IMG/VR virus record: IMGVR_UViG_3300032320_001068
Coordinates: 1-28,782 of that record
Reading direction: 5' to 3' (one strand)
DNA: 28,782 nucleotides
Source of the DNA: a virus
Lineage: Duplodnaviria > Caudoviricetes
Positions 17,384-26,986 of this stretch are shown one piece after another. Both the position numbers and the translations under genes were made by a program. Below the pieces are notes generated by a model. The model saw only the letters and a program-made list of their open reading frames with translations. It ran no database searches and was not told where the DNA came from. Each line of letters starts with the position of its first letter. Position 1 is the stretch's first letter.

Positions 17384-17606
17384 AGATTTAGAAAACCAAA
17401 TGCGAAATGTTTCTAAAGGACTTGAATCCATTATTAAATTAGCAACCGACAATTTAATGGAATCACAAAAAAGAGTTGAAGAAAATGGAACAGATCAAGA
17501 AAAAAAGCAATTTGCAATTGAGTTTCATAAATCAGGAATTGCAGAAAAATTAACCGAGATACAAACTACTTTTACTAAGATTAATGGCGGTTCAAATAAC
17601 AAGTAG
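17373..17606 (+). CDS. Hypothetical helical protein in the tail module
   Basis: Overlaps both neighbours; ATG 17373 more likely than TTG 17364. Confidence 0.65.
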   Translation: MENKDLENQMRNVSKGLESIIKLATDNLMESQKRVEENGTDQEKKQFAIEFHKSGIAEKLTEIQTTFTKINGGSNNK

Positions 17607-20046
17607 AAAGATTTATGATAAATTAAGGCCATCAAGTGCTGTTGATTGGAGTTTGTTTGCCATTGGCGATAGATTAACAATAGAGATTGAATTTACTGTA
17701 TTTACAAGAATAGCTTTTACTGTTAATAGCCCAATGAACATGGGTTCTCCAAATTCTTTAGACCCAAATATATTGAGAAGCACTGGAAATAGATTTGCAA
17801 GTGTAAATGTAGGCGATACAATTAAGATAGTTGACCCAACACCATTTCCAACCAACACAACATGGAGTGATTATTTGGATGACAATTATACTTTTACTGT
17901 ATTATTTAAAACAAATTCTAATGAAATTATAGTAAGTAATTCCATTGAGAATGATTTGCCTTTGGATTATGATGCAAATGCAACATCTACCGCAATAATT
18001 TATAATTTAACAGCTATCACTGGAGTTGGATTGCCTTATAACTTTATTGAAAACAACGAGCCAGTAAACTTTAATTCTAAAGTAGATGGTTCGTTTCAAA
18101 GATTAATTGCAGATGGTTTAGATGCAAGTAATACAACACCAGTAGCAATGCAATTTGATGGGCCTTTGCCTTACCAAATAGGTTCAGCAACCATTGAGGG
18201 TGTTAGTTGGGATACTGATTTTGGAGAACAAAAATTTAAAATAATTCACGAAACAGTAGTAACTCCGTTATTTTTATCAAGTCAATACTTTGATTTAGTT
18301 GCTAACATTGCACCAAGTTATTTTTTAAGTGGTAGATGTTTAAGGCACGTTTACCAAATACAAGCATGTGCAGTATTAAGCAATCCTAATTCAGCACAAA
18401 TTGGAGAATGTCCATTTGAGATTGGTAATAGTGGATGGTTTGATGAAGTTTTTAACGGAGGATTAAAAAATTATACGATTGAAGATTTTGAAGTACAAAG
18501 TGGTTCAGCGGCAAACAATCAGATTATAAATTCTTTAACTGAGCAACATTACAGATTTAATATAATTAGCACAGATTCAGATTTCACTAATGACACAAAA
18601 GTTAGTGTAGGTTGTTTTAAGTTGCCACAAAATCAAACTGAATACCAAAACAACGCAAGATTATTTCAAGATAATTTTCTATTTACAAACGTAACTGGCA
18701 ATAGTGGAGGTACTGAAATTCCTGATACAGAGGGAACAGATTTGCAAACAGTTACAATGGTAGAATTTTTAAGACTTGACGCAAATACAATTAGAATAGA
18801 TATTTACTTTCAATTTACTCAAAATGCTTTAGATATTTACTTTGAAAGTCAAGCACCTAAATTATTAATTTATGCAACTACTTCAAATGTTGCAGAAATA
18901 TCAACGGAAGATTCAAACAAACAAGCATTATTAGTTCAAATATTAGAATTTGACCCAACAAGAAACTTAAATCCTCGTGAAGATGTAAAATTTATTAGAC
19001 ATTACGAAGATGCAGACGATGTAGGGATTGAAAGCGGAATCACAACATTTTTAGAAGACGAATGTGTTTTGATTACTGACTTTTATGCTTCAACTGTTAG
19101 CGGTGTTACCGATAGTTATATTAGTGAAATAAGGCAACAGATAATTGTTAAAAAAACAGATGGAACTGAATTTATTTTAGAAGATTTATTTTGGACTACT
19201 GCAAGTCCAATTGGTTTTGGAATATCTCAGCAAATTAACTTTGAAAGTCCAAGGGTTTTTCAAATACCAGAAACAGAACCAAGAAAAAAATTTAGTATTA
19301 CAACAAGTGGTTCTCCTGAAAGTATTTTTAGAATCAATCACCCGTTTATGATTAGATGGGAATATTGGATTACATTACTTGGAGTTAATTCAGAGTTTTA
19401 TAATACAAGTTTACCGAATAATGGACTTAATGAGTTGTGGCTTAATTATCAGACTGGTGATTGGGCAGTTTATCATAGAACAATTATCAGACAAGTAAGT
19501 CAAAGTGGTGCTGTAGTATTCAATGATTTTGTTTCTGATTTAGAAATAGAAATTAACGATTATGAAAGCAATCCTGCTTACACTACAAAAGATGTAGAAA
19601 CATATTCAGAAGATGGTTCAGTTGCTTATTTTGATGCTGGTAATTCAAGATGGTACTATTCTTTAACTGAAAGAACATTAGTAAGGGCCATTTTTGAAAA
19701 AGCTACTTCTTTTGATTTTGAAAATGTTTATGTAGTTTTTGGAATTGAAATATTTGAAAATGGAGGAATTGGAGGTAGAAGAAGATTTAGTTCAGTATGG
19801 GAAACAGATACGCCATTAACTTGGTTTATTCCTATAAATGGTGCAAATACAGTTAAATTGACAAACGATGTGGCAACTGAAATTATTGCAGAGGCTTTTC
19901 TTGACTCTGAACAAATCCCAAATGGTGAATTTGTTTTTAAAATTGTTGCAAGAATTTACGAAGCTGATTTAACAGAAACAAACAAAATAACCGAAGCTGG
20001 AGTTGATAAAATAACTGAGGCTTCTGTAATTAAAATAATTGAATAA
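17584..20046 (+). CDS. Large beta-rich tail tip/baseplate structural protein
   Basis: 820 aa, acidic and beta-rich; C-terminal KITEAGVD-KITEASVI-KIIE repeats. Confidence 0.65.
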   Translation: MAVQITSRKIYDKLRPSSAVDWSLFAIGDRLTIEIEFTVFTRIAFTVNSPMNMGSPNSLDPNILRSTGNRFASVNVGDTIKIVDPTPFPTNTTWSDYLDDNYTFTVLFKTNSNEIIVSNSIENDLPLDYDANATSTAIIYNLTAITGVGLPYNFIENNEPVNFNSKVDGSFQRLIADGLDASNTTPVAMQFDGPLPYQIGSATIEGVSWDTDFGEQKFKIIHETVVTPLFLSSQYFDLVANIAPSYFLSGRCLRHVYQIQACAVLSNPNSAQIGECPFEIGNSGWFDEVFNGGLKNYTIEDFEVQSGSAANNQIINSLTEQHYRFNIISTDSDFTNDTKVSVGCFKLPQNQTEYQNNARLFQDNFLFTNVTGNSGGTEIPDTEGTDLQTVTMVEFLRLDANTIRIDIYFQFTQNALDIYFESQAPKLLIYATTSNVAEISTEDSNKQALLVQILEFDPTRNLNPREDVKFIRHYEDADDVGIESGITTFLEDECVLITDFYASTVSGVTDSYISEIRQQIIVKKTDGTEFILEDLFWTTASPIGFGISQQINFESPRVFQIPETEPRKKFSITTSGSPESIFRINHPFMIRWEYWITLLGVNSEFYNTSLPNNGLNELWLNYQTGDWAVYHRTIIRQVSQSGAVVFNDFVSDLEIEINDYESNPAYTTKDVETYSEDGSVAYFDAGNSRWYYSLTERTLVRAIFEKATSFDFENVYVVFGIEIFENGGIGGRRRFSSVWETDTPLTWFIPINGANTVKLTNDVATEIIAEAFLDSEQIPNGEFVFKIVARIYEADLTETNKITEAGVDKITEASVIKIIE

Positions 20047-20543
20047 TGGGAATAAAAATAACTCAATATCCAAATACTCAAACTACATTTAATAACTTAG
20101 ATGAGTTTGATGTTAGTGCTTATATTGCACCAGGCAATTTTCAATCAAGAAAATATACATGGGCAAATTTAGTAACTCAATTAAGTGCAGTAATAACTGG
20201 TTTGCCAAGTGGAACACAAGGTTATACTTTGGCTTACAATGGTTCGGCTTGGACATCAAACAACAGAATATTTGTAGATTTTACTAATAGTTTGGTTATA
20301 TTTAATAATAATACAGATTTCAAAGGAACTGCCGGTAATTATAGTGGAGAGGTTGCAAAGTTTGGAGATTTGAGAATTAAATCACAAAAATTATGGTTTC
20401 AAACACAATTTGCATTAGCAGGATATACCACAGGATTTGAGGTTGTAAAACACGCTGCTATTTCTCCTCAAACTCAAGATTGTTATTTAAAAATAATAAT
20501 AAATAATGTGCCAATTAGACTACACGGAACAATAGAAAGTTAA
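20046..20543 (+). CDS. Short tail fibre/spike-like protein
   Basis: N-terminal domain similar to that of 21884..22813; LPSGTQG.TL.YNGSAW fibre motif; C-terminal YLKIIINN. Confidence 0.6.
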   Translation: MGIKITQYPNTQTTFNNLDEFDVSAYIAPGNFQSRKYTWANLVTQLSAVITGLPSGTQGYTLAYNGSAWTSNNRIFVDFTNSLVIFNNNTDFKGTAGNYSGEVAKFGDLRIKSQKLWFQTQFALAGYTTGFEVVKHAAISPQTQDCYLKIIINNVPIRLHGTIES

Positions 20544-20546
20544 TTT

Positions 20547-20957
20547 ATGAAAATATCAAAAAAAACAATTTTAATAACAGAAGCTTTAGAATTAAGGTCT
20601 TTTGCTGAAGTATTTAAAGGACAAAAATCTGTATTTGGTTTTGCTTGTTTACAATTATGGAAACAAATTTGTATTGATTTACAATCGTATGAAATGCAAT
20701 TGCATTACAAAAAAATAGAACTTGCGTTAAAGGGTGAAAATGGAGAAGTTTTAGAAAATGAAAGAGGTGGATTTTTGGCAAATGCAGAAGGAAAAATTGC
20801 ACTTCAAGAATGGCAAAATGATAAAGTAAAAGAATTGATTGAAATCACTTGCTACATAGTTGATGACTACCAAATTATTAAAGATAATTTAGAAGCTATT
20901 GACTTGGTAAATGGAATATTAATTGATGTAAATATTAACGATTTAATACTGAGTTAA
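20547..20957 (+). CDS. Hypothetical helical protein, possible fibre chaperone
   Basis: Follows the fibre gene; long helix then LKGENGEV beta-hairpin. Confidence 0.55.
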   Translation: MKISKKTILITEALELRSFAEVFKGQKSVFGFACLQLWKQICIDLQSYEMQLHYKKIELALKGENGEVLENERGGFLANAEGKIALQEWQNDKVKELIEITCYIVDDYQIIKDNLEAIDLVNGILIDVNINDLILS

Positions 20958-21884
20958 ATGGCTTTTGATGGCGAAACAGCACTACAATATTTTTATCCAA
21001 TAACACCATCAGTAGAAAATATTAGGCCATTAGATTTGCCCAATATTACATTAGAAGATTGTTGTTCAGATAAAAAAATACTTGTTTTAGCAAACGATGG
21101 CGAAAATATTGATGAAAACGATTTTACAAGTTTTCTTTATTGTGCTGGTTCAACAACTTCGGATGCGGTTTATTCACTTTACAAAGAAACAACAACAGGC
21201 TTTGAATTGCAATTAGAACTGGATGGGGATGATATTGGGATAAATTATCCATTTGGTTTTGCTCAATTTAGAACACGCAAATATGTTGGTTATAGAATAA
21301 ATTGGTTTGAAGTGTTAACGTTGTTTGGGGAAGGAATTTATAAGGTACAATTAGATATTACAGACAGTATTTTAGGCAACAGTGTATTAAGTAGTGAAAT
21401 GTATAAACTATGCACTTATACACCAATGAGAGCAAAGGGAACAGTTAGAATAAATTGGACTTTAAATGGAACAATTGGAGATGTTCAAAGTACTCAAATA
21501 AATTTTAATTATTTAAACTTAAATTGGCAAAATCAATTAAGATTGCCGGGTTGGTTTGGATTTCCTACTGCTGAATATTTGAATGAATTTGTGAGGTATC
21601 AAAATGGATTAGAAGAGTGGACAAAAATGGAACAAACTGCTAAATACAATTTACAGATTAAGCGTATTCCATTTAATTTATTACAAATTATAAGGATTCA
21701 AATAATAATGTCAGATAGGGCAACTATTACAGATTATAATCCTACAAATAATAATGTTTGGCAAGATTTTCCAATAAAGTTTAACACTGGATTTGAACCA
21801 AAATATGAAAAGTTAAGAAGCGAATTAGCAAGTGTAGAATTAATTGTTGAGCAAAGATTTAACAACTTGAAAAAATTTAGATAA
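20958..21884 (+). CDS. Putative tail structural protein
   Basis: Beta-rich 308-aa ORF in the tail module, coupled to both neighbours. Confidence 0.6.
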   Translation: MAFDGETALQYFYPITPSVENIRPLDLPNITLEDCCSDKKILVLANDGENIDENDFTSFLYCAGSTTSDAVYSLYKETTTGFELQLELDGDDIGINYPFGFAQFRTRKYVGYRINWFEVLTLFGEGIYKVQLDITDSILGNSVLSSEMYKLCTYTPMRAKGTVRINWTLNGTIGDVQSTQINFNYLNLNWQNQLRLPGWFGFPTAEYLNEFVRYQNGLEEWTKMEQTAKYNLQIKRIPFNLLQIIRIQIIMSDRATITDYNPTNNNVWQDFPIKFNTGFEPKYEKLRSELASVELIVEQRFNNLKKFR

Positions 21885-22813
21885 TGGCAATAAAAGTAAG
21901 TGAGTATGTAGAAACTCAAACCGTTTTTAATAACAATGATTTGTTTGATGTATCAGCATATTTAGGTGTTGATAGTTATGAAAGTAGGAAGACATTATTT
22001 TCTACTTTAAAGGCCGCAATGGCTTCAGATACTTGGGCTTCAATATTAGTAAGCACATCACAAACAGCCGCAAATAACACTCAATACATAGTTGTTGCAA
22101 ATGCTACATTTACAGACCCAATAACACCAGCAGAGGGCAAAGGATTTAAAGTTTATATAAGGTATGGAACAGCAACTATAAATTCAGTTGGTTATTCTGT
22201 TGCTGGTACTATTATTTATAGGGTGTTTCATTCGGGTGCTTGGGCTACTTATGTATCTTTAGGAGTTGTTAATAGTGGCACACAATACAGATTAGCACAT
22301 TATGCTAACAATGGGACAGCAGTAAGTGAAAATGCAGCAATAACCGCAGCAAGGGCATTGAAATCAGATGCCAACGGATTACCTACTCACTTTGATACAA
22401 CAACAGAGCCAAGTTTAACAGAATTAGCAAGAGTTAAAAATTTAGGTAGTCAAGCAGTAGGCGTAAGTGATACAAATACTCTTACAAACAAACGTATAAC
22501 CGCAAGAACAGGCACAGTATCAAGTTCAGCAACGCCAACTATTAATACTGATAATATTGATATTTATTTAATAACAGCACAGCTTGTTAATATTACTTCA
22601 TTTACAACTAATTTAAGTGGAACACCAACAGAAGGTCAAACATTATGGATAGCAATTACAGGCACAGCAGCAAGAGCAATAACTTGGGGCTCAAGTTTTG
22701 AAAGTTCAGGTAATATTCTTCTACCTACAACAACAATAAGTACTACAAGATTAGATGTTGCATTTATTTGGAACTCAGTAACGAGCAAATGGAGGTGCGT
22801 AGGAGTAGCATAA
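21884..22813 (+). CDS. Tail fibre protein
   Basis: Thr/Ala/Ser-rich; TLTNKRI fibre motif; C-terminal domain GTPTEGQ.L.I.I.....RAITWG...LPTTT......V.FIWN....KWRCV. Confidence 0.75.
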   Translation: MAIKVSEYVETQTVFNNNDLFDVSAYLGVDSYESRKTLFSTLKAAMASDTWASILVSTSQTAANNTQYIVVANATFTDPITPAEGKGFKVYIRYGTATINSVGYSVAGTIIYRVFHSGAWATYVSLGVVNSGTQYRLAHYANNGTAVSENAAITAARALKSDANGLPTHFDTTTEPSLTELARVKNLGSQAVGVSDTNTLTNKRITARTGTVSSSATPTINTDNIDIYLITAQLVNITSFTTNLSGTPTEGQTLWIAITGTAARAITWGSSFESSGNILLPTTTISTTRLDVAFIWNSVTSKWRCVGVA

Positions 22814-22814
22814 T

Positions 22815-23600
22815 ATGGGAATACCGGCAAACATAATAGGAATAATGGGTAAAGTAATTTATGATGTTGATGCGTTAGCATTTATAACGGCAATAGGATT
22901 ATCTGATGATACTCAAAAAAGAGCTATAAACACACTTGTTATTTCATTAAAAAGTGAAAATATTTGGACAAAAATAATAGGTGCTTATCCATTTATAGGA
23001 GGTACATCAAGTTCTTGTTCAAGAAACTTAAAAGAAAATGCTAATAATTTAGCTTTTTCAAATACTGTAGCAGGAGATTTTACTTCTAATGGATGGTTAC
23101 CAAATGGTACTAATAGTTATGCAGATACTAATGTTACGTTTAACACAGAAACATCATTAAATAGTGTAGCTATTGGATTTTATTCAAGAACTAATAATAC
23201 TACATCAGCTATTGATATGGGAGGTTCTGCTGTCAATAATAATCTTATACAAATATTAAGTGGAACAACGATAAATACATTATCAAATAATATTACAGGT
23301 TTAGTAAGTTCAATATCGAGTACTGAAGGTTTGTTTGTTGTAAGTAGAACAGCAAGTAATGCAGTAGCGAATTATAGAAATGGTGTATCATTAAATACAA
23401 GTACAAATACTTCAATAGCTTTACCACCAGTAAATTGTTTTTTAGGAGCAAGACAAAATGGAACTGGAGGAGGAGCATCTAATTATTCAAATAGACAATT
23501 TGCTTTTGCTTTTATATCATCAGGTTTAACAGCTGGAGAAGTAGCTACATTATACACAATAATTCAAATATATCAAACAACACTTGGAAGAAACGTTTAA
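22815..23600 (+). CDS. Putative receptor-binding/adhesin protein (LamG/ConA-like fold)
   Basis: D.DA.AFITA.G, W.K....YPF.GG, NGT..YADT, YRNG, GLT..E...LY..IQ.YQT.LGR; Asn/Ser/Thr-rich; follows the fibre gene. Confidence 0.6.
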   Translation: MGIPANIIGIMGKVIYDVDALAFITAIGLSDDTQKRAINTLVISLKSENIWTKIIGAYPFIGGTSSSCSRNLKENANNLAFSNTVAGDFTSNGWLPNGTNSYADTNVTFNTETSLNSVAIGFYSRTNNTTSAIDMGGSAVNNNLIQILSGTTINTLSNNITGLVSSISSTEGLFVVSRTASNAVANYRNGVSLNTSTNTSIALPPVNCFLGARQNGTGGGASNYSNRQFAFAFISSGLTAGEVATLYTIIQIYQTTLGRNV

Positions 23601-23611
23601 AAATAAAAAAT

Positions 23612-23935
23612 ATGTCTACACCAATAGTAACAAAAAATCTTGGAATTAATCAAGAATCAGGACTTGAAGAAGTTCTTAAAGTATGGTCAGTTTTTACTAA
23701 TGCAGAAACTGAAATAATTGATGTAATGTTTAAAATATATGAATTACTACCAAGTGGTTTAGAAAGAGCAGTAAGCGGAGAAAAACATTATTATAGATAT
23801 AATCACGAAAACAATATGGCTTTTGACAATTGGAGAAACTCTGTAATAGGAAAAGGAATAGCACAAGCTATTGATAGAACTATTTCAGATTATCCAAATA
23901 TCGAACAAAATATAGACCCTCGAAAAGAAGAATAA
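23612..23935 (+). CDS. Hypothetical protein (fibre-associated)
   Basis: 107-aa ORF with A-rich start region. Confidence 0.65.
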   Translation: MSTPIVTKNLGINQESGLEEVLKVWSVFTNAETEIIDVMFKIYELLPSGLERAVSGEKHYYRYNHENNMAFDNWRNSVIGKGIAQAIDRTISDYPNIEQNIDPRKEE

Positions 23936-23959
23936 TATATTAAGAATATAAAAATTAAT

Positions 23960-23967
23960 TATATTTG
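23960..23967 (+). promoter_or_regulatory. -7 promoter element upstream of the membrane/lysis genes
   Basis: TATATTTG in an intergenic gap, 12 nt before ATG 23980. Confidence 0.5.
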
Positions 23968-23979
23968 TCAAAAATTAAT

Positions 23980-24210
23980 ATGAAAAAGATAACAGATTTT
24001 ATTGGATGGTTGGTTTTCAAAAATACAATTTCATTTGTTTGTTATTTAGTATTTTTGATATTAATGTTGGCTACTTTCCACGAAAAGCAGTCAATTGTGG
24101 ATAATAACAATATTGCAGTTTTTGCTGGATTTGTTTTGTTTATTTCCATCTGCATTATTTTCTTTACTTTTTTTAGTGTAATCCCCGAATATAAAAAAAG
24201 AAATGATTAG
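23980..24210 (+). CDS. Small two-TM membrane protein
   Basis: Two strongly hydrophobic segments and a basic C-terminus; ATG 23980 preferred over TTG 23965. Confidence 0.65.
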   Translation: MKKITDFIGWLVFKNTISFVCYLVFLILMLATFHEKQSIVDNNNIAVFAGFVLFISICIIFFTFFSVIPEYKKRND

Positions 24211-24592
24211 CCACATCTACATACTTGTAATGTTTTCAGCTATTGCCAAAGCAGCAATGGACAAACTTAACTTTCATTTTTACGATAGTATATTTGCAAA
24301 ATTAAATCATAGATTTTGGAATAGTGAATATTCTTGGCAAAACAAATGGAGGGATGGAAAGCCTGAGTTAGGCGAAGATTATCCATTTAGTTCTACTTTG
24401 TTTGTTTTTTTAACCGATGGATGGCACTTATGTCAATTCATATTTTTAAACACTATTTTTTTAGCATTATTTTTTGTTGCCTTGCACGATTTTAGTTTAA
24501 GGGAGGCAATCGTAAATCTGATATTATTAAGAGCCTTATTTGGGCTTACATTTGAATTGTATTTTAAACACATTTTTACTCTTAGATTATGA
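24203..24592 (+). CDS. Multi-TM membrane protein of unknown function
   Basis: Hydrophobic segments flanking a Trp-rich loop FWN...SW.NKW..G and TDGWHL. Confidence 0.7.
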   Translation: MISHIYILVMFSAIAKAAMDKLNFHFYDSIFAKLNHRFWNSEYSWQNKWRDGKPELGEDYPFSSTLFVFLTDGWHLCQFIFLNTIFLALFFVALHDFSLREAIVNLILLRALFGLTFELYFKHIFTLRL

Positions 24593-24954
24593 TTACATCC
24601 TCAATAGCATTTGGTATTGTTACATTAATTTTAGGAGTTACTTTCGGACTGGTAAAAATTATTTACGACATCATAATTAGGAGGGTTGAAAAACTTGAAC
24701 AAAACGGATTAATAATTCACGATAAAGTTAAGGAGTTGGAAGCATTCAACACTTACAAGATTGACCAATTAATTAAAGATTTTGCAGAGTTTAAAGCAGT
24801 TGTTACACAAAAACTACACAATGATGCAGGGTTTATTAGTGATACAAAAAACGCTATTAAAAGAATGGAGCCAATTATGCAACATTTTGAAAAAATACAA
24901 GACGAACATGAAGAAATGAAATTAACAATAAAACAATTAACAAAACAACTATGA
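24589..24954 (+). CDS. Single-TM coiled-coil protein (holin-like candidate)
   Basis: N-terminal TM helix followed by heptad-rich C-terminus; upstream of the endolysin. Confidence 0.55.
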   Translation: MITSSIAFGIVTLILGVTFGLVKIIYDIIIRRVEKLEQNGLIIHDKVKELEAFNTYKIDQLIKDFAEFKAVVTQKLHNDAGFISDTKNAIKRMEPIMQHFEKIQDEHEEMKLTIKQLTKQL

Positions 24955-25181
24955 AAATTGAACCAAGAAACTACACACAAGGGCCACAGGCAATCTACAA
25001 GAATGGAACTTATCGAGTAATTGCCAACTATCCCGAAAAGAGGGAGGCAAAGCTAATATTAAATGGAGTTACTAAGAATATTTCTTACGATGAATTATTT
25101 GAAGTATTATCTGAGAGTGAAGCAAATCTAAGGATGTTGGAGGAACAGGCAAAAGAAATGAATGCTAAAACTAATTTATGA
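24951..25181 (+). CDS. Hypothetical 76-aa protein (small beta-barrel-like N-terminus)
   Basis: ATGA overlaps at both ends. Confidence 0.6.
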   Translation: MKIEPRNYTQGPQAIYKNGTYRVIANYPEKREAKLILNGVTKNISYDELFEVLSESEANLRMLEEQAKEMNAKTNL

Positions 25182-25645
25182 AAATCAGCCTAATTTTAGA
25201 GAGAGAAGTTTACACTGACAAATCAACAATTGGTAAACTTTATTTTAAAGATTTGCAAATAATCTACCCACGTTTTATTTGTTATACACTTGAAGATACT
25301 TGCAGAGATTGGAATAGGGATGGCGATTTAGACGATAAGGGAGAAGCAAAAGTATTTGGCGAAACTGCAATACCAAGCGGAACGTATCAAATGGAGTTTA
25401 GATATTCTCCAGGATTTAAAATAAACACACCACATTTATTGAATGTAAAAGATTATAAATACATTTTAATCCATCCCGGCAATGGCCCTAAAGATTCCAA
25501 AGGATGTATTTTGGTAGGCAAAAATCAATCTAAGGATTGGATTAGCGAAAGCAGGTCAGCATTCAAAGAATTGATGTTTTTGCTGAAGAAATATAGTGAA
25601 ATGGAAATTACATTAGTTGATAAAAAAATAATCCCATTAGCATAA
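25178..25645 (+). CDS. Putative endolysin, DUF5675-like (L,D-transpeptidase-like His/Cys peptidase)
   Basis: STIGKL, CYTLED, AIPSGTY, ILIHPGN...DSKGCILVG, SR.AF motifs. Confidence 0.8.
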   Translation: MKISLILEREVYTDKSTIGKLYFKDLQIIYPRFICYTLEDTCRDWNRDGDLDDKGEAKVFGETAIPSGTYQMEFRYSPGFKINTPHLLNVKDYKYILIHPGNGPKDSKGCILVGKNQSKDWISESRSAFKELMFLLKKYSEMEITLVDKKIIPLA

Positions 25646-25929
25646 TGTGGCAAACTTTTATAAAAAATATTTCTCTCAACGCATTGAGGGATTTTTATCA
25701 TACTTTTAGCAATGAAAAAAGTTTCCTCAGTAGCAAGAAAATTGAACGTAGTTTATTCGTTACTACTATCCTTGCTATGTATTGGACTTTTTTTATTTTG
25801 GTGGTGCTTAAAGCCACTATTACGGATTTTATTTTATTTATTTCGCCTTTATTTATTGCAGCAGGATTTAACTTATTACAATCAGAAAAAAACAAAAAAC
25901 AAGACAATCCACCAAATGAAAACTTATGA
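25645..25929 (+). CDS. Putative holin (two TM helices)
   Basis: SSKKIER followed by two hydrophobic helices and a charged tail; coupled to the endolysin stop. Confidence 0.6.
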   Translation: MWQTFIKNISLNALRDFYHTFSNEKSFLSSKKIERSLFVTTILAMYWTFFILVVLKATITDFILFISPLFIAAGFNLLQSEKNKKQDNPPNENL

Positions 25930-26984
25930 AACTAAAAAAACAAATTTTAGGTGTATTAGCAAAAGAACCAAATTTAACAGGAGGACAAATTGCTAATAGG
26001 TTTGGTTATACATACAAAGAGGATAGGGCCGACTATGACCGCATTAGGATTTACGCAAGTCAGTTAATAAAACGCAGTATTTCGGAAAAGCCGAACAACC
26101 CACAAAAAGTAGTTCAAAATTATATTAAGCAAAAAAGAAAAGAAGAAGTTGACAATCAAAATGAGTTTTTATCGTTAGCAGAAAATATCACTGGTAAGCA
26201 ACGCAATACTTACAACCTCCCAAATAGCTTAGAAACACATTACGAAGCTTACAAGTTGCCAAAAGAATGCAACGACATATTATTTATCAATGATATTCAT
26301 TTGCCCTACCATTCCTTAACTGCTTTAAACATTGCTTTAAAATATGGATTTGATAAAAAGGTAAACACAATATTTATCAATGGGGATTTGATTGACTTTT
26401 ATGCAATTTCAAGATTTCAGAAAGATCCACGCAAAAGAGATTTAGGAATGGAGATAAAAACTACAAGAGATTTTTTAAGCATCCTCAGAAAAATATTTCC
26501 ACTTGCTAAAATATTCTACAAATTAGGAAACCACGATGTAAGATGGGAACATTATCTAATTGAAAAAGCACCCGATTTATTGGGCCTAAGTGAATTTAAT
26601 TTGGAGAGTATATTGAAGTTAGCAGACCACGATATAACAATGATACCCGATAAGCAGATAGTTCACATAGGTAAGTTGACTGCTTTGCACGGACACGAAT
26701 TAGGAACATCTATAATGTCCCCAGTTAACATTGCAAGAGGGTTGTATCTAAAAGCTAAGGATAATGCAATATGTGGCCATCATCATCAATCAAGTGAACA
26801 CACTGAGCCAAATATTAACGGTAAGGTAGTAACTTGTTGGAGTGTTGCTTGTTTGAGTGAATTGCACCCTGACTATGCACCAATCAATAAATATACACAC
26901 GGATTTGCCCACATTAGAGTTGTGGATGAAGAAGGAAATTTTGAAGTAACGAATTTAAGAATTATCAATGGTAAAATTAGATAG
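25926..26984 (+). CDS. Calcineurin-like metallophosphoesterase with N-terminal HTH-like segment
   Basis: DIH, GDLID, GNHD, HGHE, GHHH metal-binding motifs; N-terminal PNLTGGQIANRFG. Confidence 0.85.
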   Translation: MKLKKQILGVLAKEPNLTGGQIANRFGYTYKEDRADYDRIRIYASQLIKRSISEKPNNPQKVVQNYIKQKRKEEVDNQNEFLSLAENITGKQRNTYNLPNSLETHYEAYKLPKECNDILFINDIHLPYHSLTALNIALKYGFDKKVNTIFINGDLIDFYAISRFQKDPRKRDLGMEIKTTRDFLSILRKIFPLAKIFYKLGNHDVRWEHYLIEKAPDLLGLSEFNLESILKLADHDITMIPDKQIVHIGKLTALHGHELGTSIMSPVNIARGLYLKAKDNAICGHHHQSSEHTEPNINGKVVTCWSVACLSELHPDYAPINKYTHGFAHIRVVDEEGNFEVTNLRIINGKIR

Positions 26985-26986
26985 TT

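Noticed and set aside
21884-23600. Diversity-generating retroelement or invertible tail fibre cassette
   Set aside because: No reverse transcriptase, recombinase, template/variable repeat pair or flanking inverted repeats were seen in the window
25712-25996. Overlapping + strand 94-aa hydrophobic ORF inside the holin candidate, considered as an embedded o-spanin or antiholin
   Set aside because: No valid lipobox (SLLC, FWWC); hydrophobicity is expected from an alternate frame of T-rich TM codons; a u-spanin candidate already exists
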